Shown here: one piece after another, positions 1 through 11,300 of the stretch | Layout: every line of letters starts with the position of its first letter | How positions within the stretch are numbered: position 1 is the stretch's first letter | Assembly: GCA_000708835.1 (NCBI GenBank) | Contig: DF237256.1 | Span: 2,738 to 66,737 of the forward strand | Direction of reading: 5' to 3' | Length of the DNA stretch: 64,000 nt | Source: Klebsormidium nitens | Lineage: Eukaryota; Plantae; Klebsormidiophyceae | The notes under the pieces: generated by a model | The model's database searches: none | Seen by the model: the letters and a program-made list of their open reading frames with translations, nothing else | What the model was told of the DNA's origin: nothing | Position numbers and translations under genes: made by a program

Positions 1-1219
1 TGTTTACCCTAGAAATATGCACCGCCGATCGGTGAAACCGAAGTACCGATCGGTACTATACATCATAAGCGGGCCTGACTCCTGATGTCTAGCTAATAAA
101 TCACTTTGCGAAAGGCTTCAAAGTTCAGATTTCATTTGAAACAATGTCGAATATTGCTCCCTTCATTGTAAACCGAGCGACTGCAGCGTTTCGCTGCCTA
201 CATTTTTTTCGATATCGATCGTGTCAATGAGCAACATGCTATTTGAGCCGCGGCCCACGTAATCCTTGACATATCCGGCATGCCGAGCATTCTCCTTCAT
301 CCAAGAGCATATTTAAGTGATCGAGCCAAGACGGCGGCAGCGGCGGCCGGCCGGGGCCGCCTCCTGCAGAGGCAGGGCGGAGCCGGGCCGTACGCCTCCA
401 CCGGCTGTCACAGGTTCGCCCTGCGATCTTATACCACGACTCAAGCACGTGCAGTTAAAGTGCGTATGCATCCCGGCCATGACGGTACGAAGGTTTACCT
501 ACTCAGCACTTACATCTTATCTTCGAGCAAGTATCTCCAAAACTACGGCTGAACTTTAAAGAAATCTCTCGGCGTAATAGAGATATTTATGCATGTCCAT
601 CGGCGCATCGGTGAATGGCCGACCTTCGTGTTGTTCTGAAACATGGTTTTAAAAGATTCCATGCCAGGAACAATGTGAAACGGAACCCTTGCATAGCGTT
701 AGTAACGGGGAAGATGGAGTTGAAACGACGTCTGTGATGTATCGACCAGTAGGTCTAGATTCTCCCTGTTACTCCTCGTTTTCCGTGTCAAAGCTATATG
801 ACTAGCCGCAAATTTTCCCGCACTATCTTCGAACACGTAGCTCAACCTCAGGCTTTTGTCTGTAATGTTTGAAAACCAGTCCCGGCCTCATTCTATAAGC
901 TCAATCAAAACGCCTTAGAAACCCCCGCTGTTTTAGGTCATCGGCAACTTTCGATTCAAGCACAAGCCTTCGTCTATGGTTACATATATGGTCGTTTTTA
1001 TCAGCCGCGGTCAGCCTGCTATCGCAAAATTGCTCAGCCAAGCGTATGACTCATATCCTATCAATCTCTGCAGTCGACGATTCCGAAGCAGATTAGAGAA
1101 TCTGCTCGAGTGAACGGCCGCTCACTGAGGTACAAAGCTCTCTTTCAACTAGACGAAAACAGAGTAAGCCACCCTTTAGGCATGACACTTCTTTCCGGGC
1201 TTGGGTCTCTCGTTTTCCA

Positions 1220-4200
1220 CTATATCGAGATGTTGTGATTGCTCCTAAACTTGTTGGTAGGGTCCCACTTCTGCTTCACGGACCTCAGGCGTTGGAGGCT
1301 CTCCTCCCCACCCACCATCTCGGCGCTCTGAGTGCCCTCGGCGGAGCACATGTTGGCATACTCCTGGGCGGTCGAGAACGGGGCCAGCGTTTCCTTGATC
1401 TTTTTCGCATACGCTATGCCTGCATGTGGACAAGGGAAGGGTCTGGATTACAATAGAGAGCTCAATCCGGCGTTCCGCTCAACCGTGCAGTCGCGAGATA
1501 CAATGGGTCCGTCTGGATACGTTCCATTTTCGGGGCATGGTAGAGGTGCCGAGATCTCTTCAGAAATCTTCGAGACCGCCAGTGATTCTGAAATGCACCG
1601 AAAGAATCTTCCCCTAAGCAAATCTGGGCGGCTCGGCGGGTCCCAGACCGTAGCCAAGAGCCTGCGAAGGGGGTTTGAGTGAGTGATCGCCCACCTTTCT
1701 CCCTGTCGCTGACGTCAGTCCAGCAGATGATGGCGTACCATGACGCCATGGTGGGCTTGCTAAGGTACAGCGGGCCATAAGCCGGCTTCTCGAAGCCCTC
1801 CCCCCCCTGGAGGTCGAGAATGAGCATCGACGGCGCCAGCTCGGGCGGGGCCCCAGAGAAGAGCTCGTCGTAAGTCTGGATGAAGTCGTCGGTGGGGAGG
1901 CCCTGTTGACAGCGGTGCGACAGCCGTGAGGAAAAGGAGAGGGAGAATATGCAGGGCAGCGTCCCTCGTGACTGTTTCTATGCGACTTGAACCATGACGA
2001 GGCGGCTTCAGTGCAATTCCTCATGTTTCGCGACGAAGGCTGCCAGGGGTGAGGGAAACGGGGATGCATGAGCAAGGTATAGAACGAAGAAGAAGAGAAA
2101 CTTGCCGCAACTCGCAGGCACTCTGGCCTCTCAAGCGGAAAGAAGGTTTAGACAGAGGTCGGAAACGGCCAGGATCACGGAAGACGATCTATGGTTAATA
2201 TGCGTTGGATCTTACAGTCCCTCGGTATAGAAAAGTTTATTGGCCGTGCGGCAATACGGGCTCGCAAGATGTCTTGGAGAAATGGGCAACAAACGGAGCG
2301 CTATTTGATACCAAAGCGGAAGCTCCTCCAGATGGTTCAACATCGAAACGGAACGAACTTGCAGATCGGAACCGATTATCAAACGAGGGAGCAACCAGAC
2401 AGAACGAACATTCCGGTTGGCCACCTGCAGCTTGTTGCAGACCAGTGGAATGACAATTTAACACACCGGAAATTGAAACGAAGACCAGAGCCGAGCACAA
2501 GAGACCGGAACAGAACGGAACGGAACGGAACGGAACGAAACCTGCCAGCGGCCCACCTGCAGCTTGTTGGAGACCCAGTAGACGTGCACCGGCGGCATGC
2601 CGTCCAGCGGCCCCGTCATGCTGTCCTGCGTTTGCGCGTACGTCATCTGTCCGACGGTGTCCATGATCGGTCCGAGCGTCCGCAGGGGCGCCAATACTTC
2701 CGCTTTTTCCGCCGCGGATTTCGGCCCGAAGTAGTGGATCATGCACGGGACNNNNNNNNNNNNNNNNNNNNNNNNNNNNNNNNNNNNNNNNNNNNNNNNN
2801 NNNNNNNNNNNNNNNNNNNNNNNNNNNNNNNNNNNNNNNNNNNNNNNNNNNNNNNNNNNNNNNNNNNNNNNNNNNNNNNNNNNNNNNNNNNNNNNNNNNN
2901 NNNNNNNNNNNNNNNNNNNNNNNNNNNNNNNNNNNNNNNNNNNNNNNNNNNNNNNNNNNNNNNNNNNNNNNNNNNNNNNNNNNNNNNNNNNNNNNNNNNN
3001 NNNNNNNNNNNNNNNNNNNNNNNNNNNNNNNNNNNNNNNNNNNNNNNNNNNNNNNNNNNNNNNNNNNNNNNNNNNNNNNNNNNNNNNNNNNNNNNNNNNN
3101 NNNNNNNNNNNNNNNNNNNNNNNNNNNNNNNNNNNNNNNNNNNNNNNNNNNNNNNNNNNNNNNNNNNNNNNNNNNNNNNNNNNNNNNNNNNNNNNNNNNN
3201 NNNNNNNNNNNNNNNNNNNNNNNNNNNNNNNNNNNNNNNNNNNNNNNNNNNNNNNNNNNNNNNNNNNNNNNNNNNNNNNNNNNNNNNNNNNNNNNNNNNN
3301 NNNNNNNNNNNNNNNNNNNNNNNNNNNNNNNNNNNNNNNNNNNNNNNNNNNNNNNNNNNNNNNNNNNNNNNNNNNNNNNNNNNNNNNNNNNNNNNNNNNN
3401 NNNNNNNNNNNNNNNNNNNNNNNNNNNNNNNNNNNNNNNNNNNNNNNNNNNNNNNNNNNNNNNNNNNNNNNNNNNNNNNNNNNNNNNNNNNNNNNNNNNN
3501 GGCCGGCCTCCGGGTGCATCGCCTGGGCTGACATCATGCACAGGTCACGGTCGGTGGAAGCCACCTGGGAGAGGAAACGGGCCACCTGGGGAAAAAAGGA
3601 AACCGGGTGCTTTGTGGGGCAGATATCGAAGGTGGGCGATTGAGTGAGGCGTGACTATGCTTCGGGGAAGAGACTGGTCGGTTCGAGTGATTCCGTCTGG
3701 GATGGAATATTTCAGTTGGTTTGGCAGGATACGCCGGCGGGGGGTGAAGTTGGAAAAAGCGGACGTTTCAGGGACCTGTGCTAGGACGACAGAGGAGGAA
3801 CAAAGACCCATGAAACCAATTGCCCTCGCAGTCATGTCACAGATTGAAAGCTGGTGCTCGAAAGCGAGTAAGAAAGGTGAAGGGATGTCATGACACAATG
3901 CGGACAATCCTGTAAGTCCTTGCAAGACCTCGAACGTAGTCAATAAAAAGTCTAAATTCTTGCTGACGTGGATCACCAACCGCACGAAATCGGCACTTTG
4001 CACGGAGAGCAAGCATTGAGACCAATGCGACCGGTCTGCTGTATCATGGCAACGTAACATCAAGGCATGCAATCCGTTGAGGCTTTCTTATCCTGAAGAC
4101 ATTCGAAGGTGTACCTCATGGTAGTGTGCTCCTGGCAGCAGCATTAGGCCGCCGTAGTAGGGGCCGACGTCATGCAGACGCACGGTGACGCTGGTGACGA

Positions 4201-6467
4201 CACCGAAGTTGGGGGCGGCGCCGTGGCACGCCCAGAAGAGGTCCTCCTCCACGTCACGGCTGCACGTGACCACCTCGCCTGCGAATCAATGAACGACACG
4301 TGGGCGTTTGAGTTACACAGGTGGGGTCTGGAAACAGAATTGCAGGATAGCATGGCTTTCACAAACGGTGCTTCAGAGGCGAGGAACAGAGGGTTCAAGA
4401 GTGTAAAGCGGACAGAACATCGAAGCAGGAGCAAAGTAAATACTCAACGAGTTAAAAAGTAGATGCTGTAAGAAGTNNNNNNNNNNNNNNNNNNNNNNNN
4501 NNNNNNNNNNNNNNNNNNNNNNNNNNNNNNNNNNNNNNNNNNNNNNNNNNNNNNNNNNNNNNNNNNNNNTGCTAGAAGAAGATGCTCATGCGTGGTGTCG
4601 CTGACAGAGCTGAAAGGGACGCCGGTAGATTGACGGCCGCAATAGATGTTAAAACAAGATGCTCAAGCGTGGTTTCGCTGATAGAGCTGAAAGGAACGCC
4701 GGTAGATCGACGGCCGCAATATATTGCGGCTGACCTCACCTTCCGCGGTGACCAGCGTGACTGACGTCAGGTGCTCGGAGGCCACGCCGAACTTGCGCGC
4801 GGCCACCCCGAGCCCTCCCCCCAGAATGAGCCCCATGCCCGTGCGCCGGTAGTGCCCCAAGGGGAACATCAGATCGTAAACGCCCATCTCCTCGTCGATG
4901 TCGCCCAGAGTCGCGCCGCCCTGAATGACCGCCGTCTTTGTAACAGGGTCTACAACCACACCTGGGGGCATAGGAATCGTTTGGTCTGAGAGTGTTCGTT
5001 GATGCACAGTCCCCTGGCCGGAAGTTTCTTATTCACATTTCATTGACTCACAGTCTGTTGATGTCGGAAGGTGATGAGCAACGGGGAAGTTACGTAGGCT
5101 TCCATTTGTATCGCCCTGGTTGCGAATTTGACCTCAATTTGCAGAACTGAGTCATCAAGGGAAGACCGTTTCTCCACAAAGCAACCCGGGCAAGCGGCTC
5201 TACTTGCAAATGAAGACCGCTCCCTCGATTCGAAGTTGGCCGGTCGACTGGGCGACTTTTCATCCTTAACACCCAAAAGAGGAGCACTTTCAGTTACGAT
5301 TCGGCGAGCCCGCATAGCCCGTAAGTGGATGGCTCACCACGCATGAGCGACATGTCGATTACCAGCCCCCCGTCGATGAGACCATGGCCCAGTGCGCTGT
5401 GCCCCCCGCCTTTGACGGCCACGTCCAACGAATGGTCCTCCGCAAACTTGAGCGCTTTGACGACGTCAGTGTTCCCCAGCGGCTGCATAAGGAGTCAAAA
5501 CTTTGTTGGAGCTTTGGTTCCTACAACACATAGATTAGGTTTCCGATAATGAATTGAACAATTGATGAGAAGACTAAGGTCAAGGGCTGAAATTTGGTGG
5601 CCGTCATTCTCAGCATATGAAAGGACCTCAGAGTCCGAACGTGCTCAGAGCACACATTGTCCGTTTGCTTCTACAATGTCAGTTTGCTGTCTTCAAAGGC
5701 TCTTGGCCAAGGCTTTGAGTTATCTGCTGTAGGGTTGGCTCAGCATGGCTGACTTTTCTTACTCCCCAGAGAAGAACGGGATGCGAGCACACCACCAACA
5801 AACGATGGCATCAGAAGCAATCAGCACAGCCTCTGTCCATTCTGAGCTGCCTCGCCAATGGGTCAATGCACTTAACTCACATCACAGAAAGGTACTCCTC
5901 AGCCTCATATTGCAGGTTGATATCACCAGGACCAATCCACACTCTGGTTAGATTCTAAAGTAGAGAAAGACTATCAGGATTATGCAAATGCTGCTGCGTT
6001 TTGTGCAGCTGCCGCTTGGCTTGGTACAATCTACCACCATCAAGGAACGACGAGGATTGAGGCAAAGCTCATGAGTCTGGACAGAGTGAAAGAAGGACCC
6101 ATCTTAGACAGTGCCACATGAGTCAACTGCAGGGGAGCTCCGGCGTTGTCCCAAATCTTCCAAGGTATGGAAGGTACTGAAGCTGGCACACAGCGAGAAT
6201 GTAGTTGACTACTTTTAGTTTCTTTTGTCATTTTGGTTGATTACTGGGTCAGTTTCTTGTTACTCGCTTGTTGAAAGTGCTCACCTGCACAATGACACGT
6301 GGCGCACGGTCCTGGTACATCTTGTTCCACACTTCCCCCGCCTTTTGGAATGCTGCGCCATCGTCCACTGTCAGGACATTGCCGCGCAGGGAGGTGCGCA
6401 GGGCAGCGGTGGCCTCCTGTGAAAGCTCAGGGGATGCTGACGTTGCTTGGGCGGTGGCGGGCGTCAT
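1220..6467 (-). CDS. FAD-binding oxidoreductase, berberine-bridge-enzyme (VAO/BBE)-like; multi-exon, interrupted by assembly gaps
   Basis: Exons spliced at GT-AG sites give MTPATAQ...WNKMYQDRAPRVIVQ / PLGNTDVVKALKFAEDHSLDVAVKGGGHS / VIQGGATLGDID...GLILGGGLGVAARKFG / EDLFWACHGAAPNFGVVTS / ...VYWVSNKLQ / GLPTDDFIQ... / EYANM...RLRSVKQKWDPTNKFRSNHNISI*. These match FAD_binding_4 plus the C-terminal BBE motif. Stop TAG at 1220-1222; the ATG at 6467 is the probable start. Confidence 0.9.
2506..2540. repeat. (CGGAA)n microsatellite in intron
   Basis: Four perfect CGGAA units at 2516-2535 with imperfect flanking units. Confidence 0.85.
2752..3500. other. Assembly gap (N run) inside the oxidoreductase gene
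   Basis: N run flanked by coding sequence on both sides (…HPEAG / VPCMIHY…). Confidence 0.99.
4477..4569. other. Assembly gap (N run) in an intron, adjacent to a tandem repeat
   Basis: N run. Confidence 0.99.
4582..4726. repeat. Intronic tandem repeat, period 77 bp, about 2 visible copies
   Basis: atgctcatgcgtggtgtcgctgacagagctgaaagggacgccggtagattgacggccgcaata at 4582 recurs at 4659 with few substitutions. Confidence 0.9.
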
Positions 6468-8301
6468 TGTGCTGAAGTTTGCAACCAAGGGGCACTTCTT
6501 GCTCCTGCAATTATCGGAGATGATAGCAGGCTAAGGAAAAACTCGCCTTTGTGAAAAAGTGATGGGGACGAGGAAGAGAGTATGTGGCAGGAAATTTCTC
6601 TGCAGTTAGCGAGATGTTGTGGGACGGAATGGTGGAATGATCAATTGGGCTGCTGTGACAACCTTTCATCTTATTTTCGTAGACTGGGAGTGCAGCAGAT
6701 TAGCTGGGAGCTCGCGGCACACGATGCTAATCGTGCCGGTGCAGCGTCACAGTGAAGATCAACCTGCTCAACGTCACTCTGACGTCGCGCATACCTCACA
6801 CAGCTGACGTCAAATGCTTCATTGCGGCTTTGACTTCCTGAACTGCGGAGGGAGTGCTCCACAAAGGTGAGAGGCCTGGCTTCGTCTATGCTTCCAGCCA
6901 CAGTCCCTGTTTCCCGACCAACAAACATTCAAGCGGGCGCGCCCTCAGGCTCATGCGGAAGGAAGCGCTCCCTACATATTTGAAGGCCCTTGCTGGGATT
7001 CGAACGTCAGGTGCTTCGAGAGACTACCAAGACTACATGCGACTTTGTCTCGCTTTGAAGCAGTACGGCCGAGCCGCTGAAGGCGTATGCCGCAGTGTCA
7101 GCGTGCACTAGCAGCTTGAAGTAACTACGGTAGTCTTCACAGTGTGATTGGCTGAGCCCGAGACCGACTTGAGGTGCCGACCAGACTATTGGACCAGAGG
7201 TCACCAGACTGCGACGACTATCGGACTGAGGTCATAAACCGTACAGCTGCATGACCAATATTGGCCGCCGTCGGCTACGTCCTAGCTCCGGCCCGAGGGC
7301 AGATGCCGATACAGCGGTCGAAGCCGCTTCCGTGAAATGCACACAGTACAGAGACGACAATATGCACCCAGATGACCGTCCCGGCCCTCAGGTCTCAAAT
7401 TGCTGGGCCGGCCCGGGGCGGCCGGCCGAAGCTCGGCGGCGGCCGACTCGACTCTCGAAGCCGCGCCGATCGCGGACGGCAATGATAAGTGATCGGACTC
7501 ACCGACAGCTGCCGCGCACCACCATCCGTACAGTTGCACTCAAATCTCGGATGGCGGACAACTTTGGCCCATGCCCTGCCAGGCCCCTAGCCTGTTACTA
7601 GCTCCAGAGTCTAGCTGCTCGAGTCTGCGACGATGCCGATCCCCTCGTGCATACGCAATACCTAGTATCCTGACTTACGTAACGCCAGGGTGACGGCAGA
7701 AGGTCACGCTACATTTGCAGTTTTGCTAGCTGTCAGTGCAACTGTACGGCGATTAGTAATCTGGTTCCAATCGGGCCGCGACGTTGTCCACCTCGGACCT
7801 GTATACCAACCGTGCGCCCAGTACATCCACAAGTTGGTGCCTGTGCACACTCAAACCAAGACTGACCATTTTTGTACGGTAGCATTTCGTCTCCCCCCGT
7901 ATTGCTTTGTTTCTTTCAAGTTCGAGCTATGCCTTTCGACTTGCGTTTTCATGTGACCAAAGCAACCGAATTCTGAGTACGGTTGCCAGTACGAGACAGT
8001 CAAATCGAATGATCAAAGACCAGGATCCACCATGAAGTGGCCTCATAAAGATACGCGTAGCTCTGGCACCAGTCGTTTGGATATAGTACGTAGTTTACAG
8101 GGTCACCTAGCACCTTGATTCTTCATCTACTCTTACACCTTTGATACGCACCCCTGCTTAAGCTCAGTCCGTCGTTCCCAATGTCACAGAAGGCTTCTCA
8201 ACCTGTCATCTCATCATAGAATACACGTGAGGCGCGAGCTCTCAACACTTGGCAGCAGTCCTGTAAGACGCGCTCGGCTGCGAAACTAGATGCGTCACCC
8301 G

Positions 8302-11300
8302 CTAGACGTGGTCGAAGTATGCGGTGTAGCTCTCGTCGCGGTACGCTTGGATGGGAAACAGCAAGAAGTCCCGGTGCTGACCCTGCAGACCGTCAGCATA
8401 CGCCACGTCAGCAATACCGCACTCTCGCCGTGAACAGACGTCCGGCCGCGCTCCCCAACTAGAAGAGACCACCCACAATCTGCACTAGTTCTGCCCATGG
8501 GTCGAACTATGTGCATAAACCCAAAACTCTCGGGACATTTCAAGCTTCCGGAAAATGCAGGATCTCGCAGTTCACAAAAGAGACCATAGCTTATCAAGAT
8601 TGGGTTTTTAAATCCGGCCGCCCACCTTTGCAATGAAGCTCATGGGGTGATACGCCGCCAGGCCGGTGCCCACGTGGAAGCTGCTAGCGGCCGCGAACGC
8701 GGGGTCGGGCTGGCGGGGCTGGAGAGTCACCGGAAGGCCTTGCCCGGGCACCAGAACCGAACCGAAGGCCGACAGATACTGCCCGGGGCCCGAGAGCGCC
8801 TCGAAGGAAACGGTGCCCGGGCCGGCCAGGCCAGGGACCTGAAGACGGTAGGAGGAGCTTCGTCAGAGGTGCTGACCAATGGGAGGCGTTTGTACGAGAA
8901 AGGGGAGGAGAGGGGATCTGACGTGACGAGAAAAGCAATCATACGGACGCTTGTAATCTTAACGTCAAGTCGAGCAGTATGTTGACGCACCTTCTTCTCG
9001 ACCGATAAGGCGAGTAGTTGACGAACGGAGAAGAGTCAAACCTCCTCCAAAACACGCTGGACTTCACCATTTAAGCAAGCTCAAATGCTCCCACCTGCTT
9101 GAAAGCGGCGAAGGTCTTCAAGAGGCAAAATACGTTGACCGTTTAAGCATCACCATTTGCTCATTTAAGCAAATGAGCGCGCTTCACCTGCTTGAAGGTG
9201 GCGAAGTCGTCGAACGCGGGGCCCTGCGCGACGCTCCTCTCCCGGTCCGCAACGAACACCGCGTGACCCGCACCGTTGTGCACCAGAAACTGCACCGGAC
9301 GAGAGGGTATTCACACCAAAAGCCGGGCGTCTGCCCGGCATGCCACCTGGGCGCTGCGGCAAGGCGCACTACATAATTTTCGATAGAAAATATATTCGAA
9401 GGCCTCGGAAATAGATAACGTATCCAAAGCATGTAGGCCGCAGCCGAGTTACAGGACCTCTCGAGAAGCGGGCAAGACGTCAACGAAGAGCGAGATAGAC
9501 CTAAACAAGGGCATTCTGAAGAGGTATGAATCGTGAAGCAAACAGAAAGAACAAGCAGGATTCTGTACCGGCACAAGCGGAGCGAGGGCGCTCACTTGGC
9601 CTGGCGTGTCGAACAGCTCCAGCGAGACGTACTGATCATCGGACGGCGGACCTCGTTTGGACGTGTCGGCGAGCGGAGGCGCGAAGCGGAAAGTAGCCGC
9701 GGCGGCCTCATCGGTTCCCTCGTTCGGTGTGGGAACTAGGAAGGCGCGGCTGTGGAAGAAAAGGGGTTAAATCAGAGACCGGAGATGTGACCTAGCCCGA
9801 GGCTATCTATTTCCTAGGTTGTGGAATTGCATACCAATGTGCAGATCGAAGCTGCCAGATTGAAATTTTGACGTATCCAGTCAGCTTACGACTCGACGGC
9901 AGTCCTCAATGAGAATGAGGACACGAAGGCAATCTTCTTTTCGCCTGTCGTCAAATTACCGAATGCAGAGGACATCGACTAATGATGGACGCAAAGAGCC
10001 AAACCTCTAATCATCGCTTGACTCCATCACGAAGCGCACAGGAGGAAACTGCAAGCACGTCCGCTCAGCGGCCCAGCGTCTTTCCCAATAACGCCCAGAG
10101 CGGCGAAGAATGGAACAAAGCCCCCCGTTCCGTTTCCAGCCTCTCACCCGCCCACGTGGCTCACAAAGGCGAGATCGTTCTCGGCGTTTCCGCTTGGAAC
10201 CGGGCTGGTCAACAGGCTGATCGACCGGAGTTGCGCACGTCGGGCGGCCTCTACCGGGCGGATCCAGTCGGACGGCTGGTTGGCGTTTAGCCCCGGGGCA
10301 AGCAACCGGTCGCCCTTGGTGGAGCCGGCCAGCAGGTAAGGCCCGGAGAGGACGGCGCTCAGGTTGGCGAACTGGGGGCGATCGTCTGCAGTGAGGCAGG
10401 ATTTCTTCACGCTGACGTTATGCTGACGTTCTGCTGACGTTTCTTTTACAGGAGGCAGTGGAAGAGGACGGCGCTCAGGTTGGCGAAGTGGGGGCGAATT
10501 CTCTTGAAATAAGTTATGCCGACGTTGCGCTGAAGTTGTGCTGACGTCTGTCTCACAGGACGCATTGAAGTTGCATGTGCGATCGCGGATGTCGGTAATA
10601 AAGGACGCTCAAGACAGTCGAGCGCTCAACTGGGGCTGAGAGACTCATTGTAATCGTCACTGTTGCCGATGCTAAAACTGTAATGATCAGTCGAAAAAGT
10701 AAACCTTCAGCTTCACCTTTCGCCGACTTCTTCATCGCGCCACTGCCAGCAAACGCCCGACCCAACACTGAAAATTTTTCTCGGAATATTGGCTCCTGAT
10801 CAGCGTCTCATTCAAGCGGCCTAGAGAAGTAATACTTTCCAAAGTGCTCTGGCAAGTATCGAGGACTGGCTCGCGGATCTTCACCTTGTATCCGCTCGGT
10901 GTACGTGGCAACCGGGATCGTCAAATTGACTGTGTCGTTGCTCTCCCAAAAACGCGTGACTTCCAAGAAGTGGCCTGCAGATGGGACGGGCAAAGATCAG
11001 ATACGTACATAACGAACCGCACGGTTGTAGCCGGAAGCATGCAGAGATGAAGTAGGACGATTCTACAGCTACGCCACGTATTTGGAGCGCTTGCCCCAAC
11101 TTCAGCAACAAAAGAAAGATACAAGAAGATGCTTCCGAGGAAACCTTAAGAGGGAGTAGATAAGAACAAAGGGGGCCCTCAGTCACAACGGCTTTGCGTA
11201 GAAAAGCGGGTCGGCTTCATTCAGCACAACGGCACAGGTATCTCAACGTTGCAATTCGAAGCCTGAGATAGCGGAAAAGAAAGTTCGACAAGCATACCCG

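Noticed and set aside
1-1200. 16-bp palindrome at 42-57, GC-rich patch and short ORFs at 239-559
   Set aside because: No recognisable motif, splice structure or TIR pair within the window. It could be a decayed repeat but cannot be supported.
2191-3643. Long ORFs (300-446 aa) in the ORF track
   Set aside because: Artefacts of translating through the N gap.
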